64,000 nucleotides of DNA from Centroscyllium fabricii (lineage: Eukaryota): contig JBNRSN020000002.1 of the NCBI GenBank assembly GCA_051313645.2, positions 222,704,001 through 222,768,000 of the forward strand, given 5' to 3'. Shown here piece after piece: positions 36,570 through 46,599 of this stretch. Both the position numbers and the translations under genes were made by a program. A model generated the notes under the pieces. It was not told the origin of the DNA and searched no databases. It was given only the letters and a program-made list of their open reading frames with translations. Within the stretch, counting starts at the first letter, position 1. Each line of letters starts with the position of its first letter.

Positions 36570-38140
36570 TTTTTTAATTCATTGATGGGATATGGGCATC
36601 GCTGGCTGGCTAGGCCTGCATTTAGTGCCCATCCCTAATTGCCCTTGAGAAGATGGTGGTGAGCCACCTTCTTGAACCGCTGCAGTCCATATGGTGTAGG
36701 TACACCCACAATGTTGTTACGAAGGGAGTTCCAGGATTTTGGCCCAGCGACAGTGAAGGAGCGGCGATACAGGTCCAAGTCAGGATGGTGTGTGGCTTGG
36801 AGGGGAACTTGTAGGTGGTGCTGTTCCCATGCGTCTGCTGCCCTTGTCCTTCAAAGTGGTAGAGGTCGCGGGTTTGGAAGGTGCTGTTGAAGGAGCTTTG
36901 GCGAGTTGCTGCAGTGCATCTTGTAGATGGTACACACTGCAGCCACAGTGCACCGGTGGTGGAGGGAGTGAATGTTGAAGGTGGTGGATGGAGTGCCAAT
37001 CAGGCGGCCTGCTTTATCCTGAATAGTGTCGAGCTTCTTGAGTGTTGTTGGAGCTGCACTCATCCAGGCAAGTGGAGAGTATTCCATCACACTCCTGACT
37101 TGTGCCTTGTAGATGGTGGAAAGGCTTTGGGGAGTCAGGAGGTGAGACACTCGCCACAGAATTCCCAGCCTCTGGCTTGCTCTTGTAGCCACAGTATTTA
37201 TATGGCTGGTCCAGTTCAGTTTCCGATCAATGGTAACCCCCAGGATGTTGATAGTGGGGGATTCAGCACTGATAATGCCATTGAATGTCAAGGGGAGATG
37301 GTTGGAGTCTTGCTTGTTGGAGATGGTCATTGCCTGGCACTTGTGTGGTGCGAATGTTACTTGCCACTTGTCAGCCAAAGTCTGAATGTTGTCCAGGTCT
37401 TGCTGCATATGGACACGGACTGCGTCAGTATCTGCCGAGTTTCGAATGGTGCTGAACAGTGTGCAATCATCAGCGAACATCCCCACTTCTGACCTTGTGA
37501 TGGAGGGAAGGTCATTGATGAAACAGCTGAAGATGGTTGGGCCCAGGACACTGCCCTGAGGAACTCCTGCTGTGATGTCCTGTGGTTGAGATGAATGACC
37601 TCCAACAACCACAGCCATATTCCTTTGTGCTAGTTATGATTCCGACCAATGGAGAGTTTTCCCCTTGATTCCCATTGACTTCAGCTTTGCCAGGGCTCCT
37701 TGATGCCTGGGGCGGCACGGTGGCAAAGCAGTTAGCACTGTTGTCTCACAGCACTGGAGACCCGGGTTCAAATCCAGCCTTGGGAACTATCTGTGTGGAG
37801 TTTGCACATTCTCCCCGTGTCTGCGTGGGTTTCCTCCGGGTGCTCCGGTTTCCTCCCACAGTCCAAAGATGTGCGGGTTAGGTTCATTGGCCATGATAAA
37901 TTGACCCTTAGTGTTAGGGGGATTGAATATGTGGGGTCACGGGGATAGGGTGGGATATGTGTCGATGTAGGCTCGATAGGGATATGGGGAGAGGGCAGGG
38001 GCGGGGTACTGGGTTTGGATGATCAGCCATGATCTCATTGAATGGCGGAGCAGGCTCGAAGGGCCGAATGGCCTACTCCTGCTCCTAGTTTCTATGTTTC
38101 TATGTTTCTATGATGCCACACTCGATCAAATGCTGCCTTG
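36570..38140 (-). mobile_element. 5'-truncated CR1/L2-group LINE inserted in Gypsy RNase H
   Basis: [34 protein letters not shown]; A-rich tail at ~36570; Gypsy sequence resumes either side. Confidence 0.9.
37708..38110 (+). mobile_element. Full-length HE1-type V-SINE
   Basis: tRNA-like A/B boxes, V-domain (gtggagtttgcacattctccccgtgtctgcgtgggtttcc), CR1-derived tail; 7-bp TSD tgatgcc. Confidence 0.95.
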
Positions 38141-39786
38141 AACATAAACGCCACCGACCGTTGGTCGGTGAGCAGGGTAACACGCTTACCGGCCAGGTAA
38201 TGACGCCAGTAGCGCACTGCCTCCACGATGACCTGGGCCTCCTTTTCCACTGCTGAGTGGCGAGTTTCGGGTCCCTGTAGGGTCCGGGAGAAGAATGCTA
38301 TGGGGCTGCCTGCCTGGTTCAGGGTGGCGGCAAGGGCAAAGTCCAAAGCGTCACTCTCCACCTGGAAGGGAATGGACTCATCAACGGCGTGCATGGTCGC
38401 CTTGATGATGTCTTCCTTAATCCGGGCGAATGCCGTTTGGGCTTCTGCTGAGAGGGGGAAGACGTCGGCCTTGAGGAGAGGTCTGGCCTTATCCACGTAC
38501 TGGAGGACCTAATGCGCGTATTAAGAAAAGAACCCTAGGCATCTCCTCAGGGCTTTGGGGTTGTGAGGTAAGGGCAGCTCTTGCAAGGGGCGCATACGCT
38601 ATGGGTCGGGGCCGAGGACCCCATTTACCACCACATATCCGAGGATAGCGAGCCGATCTGTACTAAAGACACACTTGTCTTTATTGTACGTTAGGTCCAG
38701 CCGTTTCGCCGTGTGTAGGAATTTGGCGAGGTTGGCATCGTGGTCCTGCTGGTCATGGCCGCAGATGGTCACATTGTCCAAGTAGGGGAAGGTGGCCTGC
38801 AACCCGTTCTGGTCAACGATGCAGTCCATCTCCCTCTGGAACACCGACACACCATTGGTCACACCGAAGGGGACCCGGAGGAAGTGGTAGAGCTGGCCGT
38901 TCGCCTCGAAGGCGGTGTACTGGCGGTCAGATTTCCCGATAGGGGAGTTGCTGATATGCCGACTTGAGGTCGATTGTGGAAAAGACCTTGCACTGGGCGA
39001 TCTGGTTTACCATATCCGAGATGCGGGGGAGCGGGTAGGCGTCGAGCCCGGTGTAGCGGTTAATTGTCTGGCTATAGTCGATGACCATGCGCAGTTTTCC
39101 GCCCGTCTTAACCACCACGACCTGGGCCTGCCAGGGGCTGGTGCTGGCCTCAATAATCCCTTCTTTCAGCATGCGCTCGACCTCCGACCTGATGAATGCC
39201 CAGTCCCCTGCACTGTAACGCCGACTTTTGGTAGCAATGGGCTTGCATTTAGGGTCGAGATTGGCGAACAGTGAGGGGGGGTCGACTTTTAATGTGGATA
39301 GGCCGCAAGTTGAGCTCCGCGTTAAGTTGGGATTGTCCCGGCTACTGACTGTGAGGGGGGCCAGGGTTCCACCGAAATCCATCGTCACGTTCTTCAGGTG
39401 ACACTGGAAATCCAGTCCCAGTAATACTGGGGCGCACAGCTGCTGGAGTACGTACAACTTAAAGTTGTGGTAAATGCGGTCCCTGATCGTGAGCATGACG
39501 TTGCAGTAGCCGGTGATGTCCGCCGTGTGGGACTTTGAGGCAAGGGAGATTTGGTAGCGCGTGGGCTGGGTCTGCAGTGTGTAGCACCGCACTGTGTCGG
39601 GATGTATAAAGCTCTCTGTGCTGCTGGTGTCGAACAGGCAGTTAGTGGCGTGCCCGTCCACCTTTATCCCCATCATGGAGTTGGACAAGGTGTGCGGCCT
39701 AGCCTGATCGACAGTGGCTGAGGCCGAAGTGTATGTGTGTGAGTGGGGGCCCTCCGCTAGCTGGGGCCCCGGCCGGGGCGGATGGC

Positions 39787-40131
39787 AAAATGGCCGCTCA
39801 GAAGATGGCGGCGCTGGCGATTCGCATGTGTCCGGCTGCTGTGGACAAGATGGCGGTGCCCATGGTTCGCACGCGGTCGACCGCTGTGGACAAGATGGTG
39901 GCGCCCGTGATTTGCACGCGGCCGACCGCTGTGGACAAGATGGCGGCACCCGTGGTTCACACGCGGCCGACCGCTGTTGACAAGATGGCGGCGCCCGTGG
40001 TTCACACGCGGCCGACCACTGTGGATAAGATGGCGGCACCCATGGTTTGCACGCGGCCGACCGCGGTGGACAAGATGGCGGCGCCGGGGGGGTCGCACAG
40101 GGCCGGTCGCAGTCGCGTTTGAAATGGCGGC
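39787..40131. repeat. 45-bp tandem repeat inside gag-pro, each unit carrying AAGATGGCGGC
   Basis: Motif recurs every 45 bp from ~39801 to 40071; shorter array at ~32073-32265. Confidence 0.9.
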
Positions 40132-41049
40132 ACCTGTGCCGCGTATGCAGCCGGCCTCCGCCGCACAGTTAAAGGAGATTGAGGCGCCCGCGATTTACCC
40201 CCGGCTGACCGCTGCTGGGTCGCGCTGGAACACCGTACCTGGAGCCACGGAGTGGCATCGCTGTTCTCGCAGGCCGTGCTGTTGGGTCTGGAGGTGGAGG
40301 CTGGGCTGGATTTGCACACCTTCGCGTAGTGCCCATTCTTCGCGCACCGCGCACAGGTCACATTCTTCGCGGGGCACTGCGCCCGTGGGTGCTTTCCTTG
40401 GCCGCAGAAATAGCATCTGTGCCCCGCCGGTGTCTTCGCACTCGCCGCTGCCATCGTGGGGGCCTCGGCCCGTCGCCGTGTCGCCCAGGTGTCGGGTACA
40501 GTGGGAGCCGTGATCCCCGTACGCATCCATCTTTTGAAGCACTCTGTCCACCGCGTTAGAAAGCCTTATCGCGGACTCGAGCGACAGTGTCTCCTGCTCC
40601 AGCAGCCGCTGGCGGGCCTGGTTGGACCTGAGTCCGGCCACATAGGCATCACTGATTAGGAGGTTCGCCTCTTCCTCCGCTGTCCTTGCCTTGCAGTCGC
40701 AGGCCCGTGCAAGGGCTTGGAGCGCTACTAGAAATTGTTCATTTGACTCCCAGATTCGTTGTCTTCTGCTCGCCAGAGCATGCCTGGCATAGACCGAGTG
40801 GGACGGGTGCATGTAGCAGTCCTTTAATTTCTTGACCGCTTCCTTGTAAGTCTTGAGGCCGTGGATAAAGGAGTACACCCGGCTGCTGATCCGTGATGAG
40901 AGTACCTGGAGTTTGTACTCATCACTCGTAGACTTTACGGCCTTCATGTAGGCCTCAACCAGGCCAAACCAGTGTTCAAAGTCGTTAGCAGCATCGGGTG
41001 CCTGAGGATTTATATCGAGGCGATCCGGTTTCACTGCGTTGTTCTCCAT
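40002..41049 (-). pseudogene. gag: Mag-like Gag with one frameshift
   Basis: ATG at 41049; CYFCGQGKHPRAQC and CARCAKNGHYAKVC knuckles. Confidence 0.9.
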
Positions 41050-41311
41050 GTTTTAAAAATTTAGTTAATAAAATTGACGTATCGTCAATTAATACACAAA
41101 GACGAGTAGTTACCTAAACTACAGGCTTTTATTAACTAAGAATGGAGCTGGTCTCCTGATGAGGTCAAGGTGAAGAATGAGCGGGGGCAGGGCAGCACTC
41201 ACCTAAATACTCTGACCTGAGGGGAGGAGTTAGGGGTATGGCTGACCTGGCCTGCAATACAGTACAGGTGAACCAGCAACTATTTACGGTGGTTATTACA
41301 CGATTACCACA

Positions 41312-42881
41312 GTGGCCTCGGTGATCCTTAATTTAACCGAGGTGCAGTTGCCAAAGTGATGCCCCAGGGAGACAGAGAAGTTATATCAGGCCCTCTTAAA
41401 GGACATGTTCAGATGTTTCTATGAGTTTTATATCTCCAGCGGGAATCGGGATGCGCTTTACACCACACCACACAAAGTTTTGGGTGGGACAGGGAGACAA
41501 AGAAGGGGTATTTTGGGTGATGCATTCACCGCGTTTAATACTGGGACCTCTGTAGTCAATTCGTTAGATGATGTAGAGCTGCAGACCCAGATTAATGGTT
41601 TAAAAACACAGTTTAAGGGGATTCTCATGGATGAGAATAAAGCAGTGAGTTCGGCGTTGCATGAGGACCAGGCAATGACGGTCCATTTAAAGGAAATCAT
41701 AGCGGAGTTGGAGAAGCATGCCAACACGGTAAATGCTCTCATATGGGAGGACAGGAATGCATCTGACCAAGCGGCACAGAATGAGGCATGTGTGCTGTAC
41801 GGGGTATGGTTACTGGGCGAGGGCCGTAGTAATCTGGAGGACCTGAAACAGGGTTTGGTTCCCCTCCTGGATCAGTAACAAACGCCTCGCCGCCCTCCAC
41901 CTGTATGAGAATGCATTGAGCCCGTGCCAACTCGGAATAGCCTCCGAAGCTTATCCAGTTCCCGTGGACGCTGGTCGGTCAAACCACACAGTCATGGGGG
42001 TGGTGGTTAGGATGCCGGTTATGGGAAAGGCAGCCTGATCTGCACCAGTGTACAGGGTGGAGAACATTGGAGTGATCCAAGGGGGTGCGCACATTCGTTT
42101 CGCAGCGGTCCCGCCTTACGTCATCAAGTGGGAACACGAAATGACAGGCACGGACCTTTCAGGGTACCAGAGCTGGGTAGCACACGTAATCCTGTGTCCC
42201 CAGCACTTGAATGCCTTTTTAAGACTGCAGTGTGGGTTCAGAGCTGCAGGCGCGAAGCCTATAAATTGCACCATGGAGGCGATGGCAGACAGCCATGTTC
42301 CGCCGCAGGTGGCATATATACCGGATGGGACCTATTGTGTCACCACCGGCGCGTCCCAGTACCGGCACGGACAGCATAGCTGGTGCACGGTGAGTCACAG
42401 CAGCTTCTGTTCTAAACCCCAGGCTGAGGTTCAAGTGGCCCAGGAGCGAATTGTCCCCATCCCGGAGCCCTCCACTGTCCACCTCACACTGTCCACCTCA
42501 CTGTCTGAGAGAATGTAATGGATTTGTTAGTTTGTAGCCCATTTTGGCTACGAGATTCCCCCTCTCCCTGAACATGTCACAAAACTCCTTAAAGCTGTTG
42601 TTGTTTTGCAGAAACACTTCTATACCTTTGAGCAAAAGACGACAGATATAGGGTCCAAAATATTGGACATAGTAGTTCCACCATGCTGGGACCTCTTCGA
42701 TAGCATCAAAGTCCCAACATGAATCTGGCTGGCTTTTCACATCCTGGTGTTATGCCAGCTCGGCATCGTGCTGTGCTTAGTCTGTGTGCAGTGTAGGGGG
42801 AAGGGTCGGTTCTCAAAGTTCCGAGACCACGTGACCTGGCAGGGGCACTATGAGGACGTAGAAGCATATACACCCGTGTAA
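41312..42881 (+). pseudogene. env: Envelope / class I fusion glycoprotein, N-terminally truncated, with stops and frameshifts
   Basis: Furin site RQRR (41495-41506), fusion peptide GILGDAFTAFNTGTSVVNS, HR1, Cys-rich beta region (42048-42518), HR2, TM IWLAFHILVLCQLGIVLCLVCV (~42723-42788), tail ending YEDVEAYTPV*. Confidence 0.85.
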
Positions 42882-43235
42882 ACCCTCCCCATTTTGGAAC
42901 ATTTTGTATTATAGTTTTGATTGTGTGTTTGTTATTTTTAATAAAGAATTTTTGCATGGTTGTTAATAAAGATTGCAATGTGCCAAGTGATACAGGGGTG
43001 TTGGACCCCCTCCATGCTTGGATGTATGTGAATTGATTTTTCCTTTTTAAATATGCGTGTGTGCACTACGCTCTCGCGCATTTGGGGAAGTACGTGTTTC
43101 ACGGGATATATTTGAGATAGAATTAATCACAGGGGAAGGTCGACTAGGAGGGGCCAGAAATTATTCCTCACCAGAAACAACAGGAATGATACTTAATTAT
43201 CATCAGAATGGATTATTAATTATCACAGGGGGGAC

Positions 43236-44654
43236 TGTAGGATTCACAAAATGTCCTGCTTTCCCAGTCCTTGTAAAGAAAACTTACAGTAAAATGGACA
43301 CATTTTACAGTGGACAAAATGGAGTCTGGGATCACATGACCACAGCTGAAAGCTGGTCATTTTCTCCCCAGCAATAGGGGCCTGACACAGTCTGTTATTT
43401 CAAAAGTAGATGTACTCATAGCTCCAGACAAGTGCATTGAATATGTATGGAGGGCCAGCTAGCAGGCCGACAGATACAAAGAACACTTAATTGGATAACG
43501 ATCAATGTTTATTTTGGGCAAAACATCAAAACAAGCCACTTCTATTCAACCACAGAAGTTCAGTGTTCAGGTACAAATTACACAAAGGGAGGCCGTAGAT
43601 AAGGCCATCAGAAGGAAATCGACAGTTTTACAGTCGTTTTACATTAAGTACCAGCTTTTGTTACACAGTAAGCCCGCCAAATTAAATAAAGACTAACCTG
43701 ATTTGGCGCAAGATAAGGCACTGTTCAAATTAGTATAACAGTAATGACAAGGAATGAAGCCAAACAGCAGAAACAGCAAGGACACAGGCCGAGATGCAGG
43801 CAGGCAACCATGAAGGCCAGTGCTCCGGTCCATGTGCAGACATGACCCCCGGTCCGTACTGGAAGTCTGCTCTTTTCCCTGGCCATTGCCCGTACCATAC
43901 CACAAGGCCGGGACCGAACTGGGGCCAGGTACCAAGTGGGACAGTGAGACACCTCAGTACGGACTGGAGCAAGACTAGGCCTTGCCCAGAAAATAGTGTC
44001 GGACATGACATTTTTAAAGTTAAAGAGCCGGTGACTGGGGTGGGGTTCGAATAAACGGGCCCCCAGCATTCATTCGCCAGAAGAAGTTCCATTCAGCTCG
44101 GAAGGAGGACAAGAAATTCCATTGTTTCAGTAGTCGTGAGACCATGAGGCGCCAGCCCTGAAGGATGAGAAGTTTGTGTGACACGTACGCGCTGCAGCCC
44201 TGTTGACCACGTGAGAACGGAACGCCTGAAAGACCAGAGCCAAAACTCAAAACCTTGTTTTCATTAATCCTAGGCTGGTGAGCATGAAATCTGACCCTTG
44301 GTAGTTGAACTAGGTTAGGTATAGGTACAGCGGGGTGGGAATTAAGGTTGAGGGATAGCTAAAATTGTCATTCATATCCCTCGATGTGTCATGTGCTTCT
44401 CAAACCTGTACCAATGTATAGCGATTGAATTGTTTTTACCTGTAGTGTGCTATCAATAATTTTCTTCTCATTAAAACCTTTAAGTTTGTTTGACTCACTC
44501 AAGTCGTTTGTCTACCCGTGCTTTTGCACCACCAGTGGTCTGACAATAAGCCCAGTGTCCAGAATCAGGAGAGGGAGTGGGAGCGCTTCAAAACCGCTCA
44601 CGGGCAGGTACGGGCCAAACCGACCTCGCACACCACCCAGCCAAACCCCCTACA
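43236..44654 (+). repeat. Complete 3' LTR (1419 bp) of the env-bearing element
   Basis: First ~290 bp and last ~88 bp match 32787-33163. Confidence 0.9.
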
Positions 44655-46147
44655 AGCCTTCGGTCGCCTGAGGAAGAGAGTGCTTGAAGACCAGGACCTC
44701 AAACCCGGCACTAGGCTCATGGTCTACAGAGCAGCAGTGATATCCGCCCTGCTGCATGCCTCAGAGACATGGACCATGTACAGCAGGCACCTCAAAGCAC
44801 TGGATAGGTACCACCAACACTGCCTCCGCAAGATCCTGCAAATACATTGGCAGAATATGCGCACCAATGTCAGTGTTCTTGCTCAGGCCAACATCCCCAG
44901 CATCGACGCTTTGACCACATCCAGTCAGCTCCGATAGACGGGTCACACTGTCCACATATCTGATACGAGACTCCCAAAACAAGCGCTCTACTCGGAGCTC
45001 CGGCACGGCAAGGGAGCCCCAGGTGGGCAGAGGAAACTCTTCAAGGACACCCTCAAAGCCTCCTTGAAAAATTGTAACATCCCCATCGACACCTGGGAAT
45101 CCCTGGCCCAAGACCACACAAAGTGGAGGAGAAGCATCCGGGAAGGCGCTGAACACCTCGAATCTCTTCGCTGGGAGCAAGCAGAAGCCAATCAACCCAA
45201 GCATCAAACCCAACCACCCCTTCAACCACTGTCTGCCCCACCTGTGACAAAGACTATAGTTCCCGCATTGGACTCATCAGTCACCTGCGAACTCATTTTT
45301 AATGTGGAAGCAAGTCATCCTCGGTTCCGAGGGACTGCCTAAGAAGAAGAAGAAGAATATTGAATTAGGTAGTCAAGACACAAAAATCTAAGCTCTGAAG
45401 TTAGTCTTTGGGACTTCCAAAAACACATTTCAACACCAAAAGAACTTAATATCAAGCACATACTAATGAGCATTCTGGTACACGTTGTTGGAGTCCCACA
45501 CCTTATAAGGCCTAAAATAATGCATACTGGAATTTTGAATAGAGCGAAACATCCTTGGTGGTGCAGCCATTAGTGATAATTGGTCTGAAAACTTACAATT
45601 CGGTTCTACTACTATAACAATGGTGAAACAGGACTTCAGATGCATCAGAGATTTATGTGCCTGATCCTACTGGAATTCATGGGAGCAGGCAATTAGCATA
45701 TTATTGGCAGGTTCCCACATCAGTATCGGTGCAGCTGGGGGAATCCACTAGGTGCGGGGGCAGGAATATTGAAGTGGCAAAACCAAGCGCTCAGAGCCAA
45801 CCAATCAGTCCTACCTCCATTCCTGACATCAGGATCCAAGGGATGGATGCCTAAACCACGCATCCACATGTAAAACCTCCTTGCAACAGGAAAAGGGATG
45901 GAGACCTGGTGTAACCGGGTCCTACCCCCAGTAGACGTCCCCGTCCACTCCGATAACCCCACCTGTTCATCCATATTATTGTGGAGGTTTGAGCCGAATA
46001 TTTTTGTCTTCTTTCCCTCACAGTCTACATGCAGACATTAATATTTCAAAAACATGATTATTTCTGATGCAATTAACTTATGACTAAAGGTAATGGCATC
46101 ATTCTGAGGAACTGGCTAGGCTAGATGCGCACCCACACCCCCCAATC

Positions 46148-46500
46148 GGAGGTGCCGTCTTTCGGATGAGATTTTAAATCGAGGCCCCATCTGCCCACTC
46201 ATGTAGACGTAAAAAATCCCATGGTATTTTTTGAAGAAATGCAGGGGAGTTATCCTGGTGTTCTGGCCAATATTTATCCCCTAACCAATATCACTAAAGC
46301 AGATTATCTTGTCAGTTACCTCATTGGTGTTTGTGGGACTTTGCTGTACACAACTTGGCTGCCACATTTTGCTATATTACATCAGTGACTACACTTCAAA
46401 GGTACTTAATTGGCTGTAAAACACTTTGCGATGTCCTGAGGTCATGAAAGGTGATCCTGGGGTCGTGAAAGGTGCTACATAAATGCAAGTTCTTTCATTT
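46148..46500 (+). mobile_element. 5'-truncated DeuSINE (SacSINE1-like)
   Basis: Reverse-complement similarity to 7326-7650. Confidence 0.75.
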
Positions 46501-46599
46501 CTTTCAATGCAACTATTGCTTTCTTTATATGTCCTACATGATGCCATTGACTTTCTGTGTTCACAGAAAAACAGCAAGTGCTATAGAATGTGATCCCAA

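Larger units (their letters stand above)
35317..40039 (-). pseudogene. pol: Gypsy pol, frameshifted and interrupted by a LINE + SINE
   Basis: FDTSS protease, YLDN RT (38599-38862), RNase H (38092-38496), integrase (35317-36312). Confidence 0.9.
34992..41311 (-). mobile_element. Full-length degenerate Mag-like Gypsy retrotransposon (LTRs 34992-35228 and 41075-41311)
   Basis: 237-bp LTRs with ~10 differences; gag with twin CCHC knuckles; PR, RT, RH, IN; no TSD recognisable. Confidence 0.95.
32787..44654 (+). mobile_element. Envelope-bearing LTR element / endogenous retrovirus-like provirus (gag + F-like env, pol absent)
   Basis: TG...CA LTRs 32787-33163 (internally deleted) and 43236-44654; TSD AGCC; PBS 33168-33185; PPT agggggga at 43227-43234. 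Confidence 0.9.
32756..45355 (+). mobile_element. 5'-truncated RTE-clade LINE (32756-32786 + 44659-45355), split by the env-bearing LTR element
   Basis: CASAA|FGRLRKRVLED..YRAAVISALLHASETWT joins across the insertion; (AAG)n tail; 11-bp TSD aatattgaatt at 32745-32755 and 45356-45366. Confidence 0.9.

Noticed and set aside
37709-37785. tRNA-like sequence (also 56477-56550)
   Set aside because: Head of an HE1-type SINE, followed by V-domain and LINE tail with TSDs
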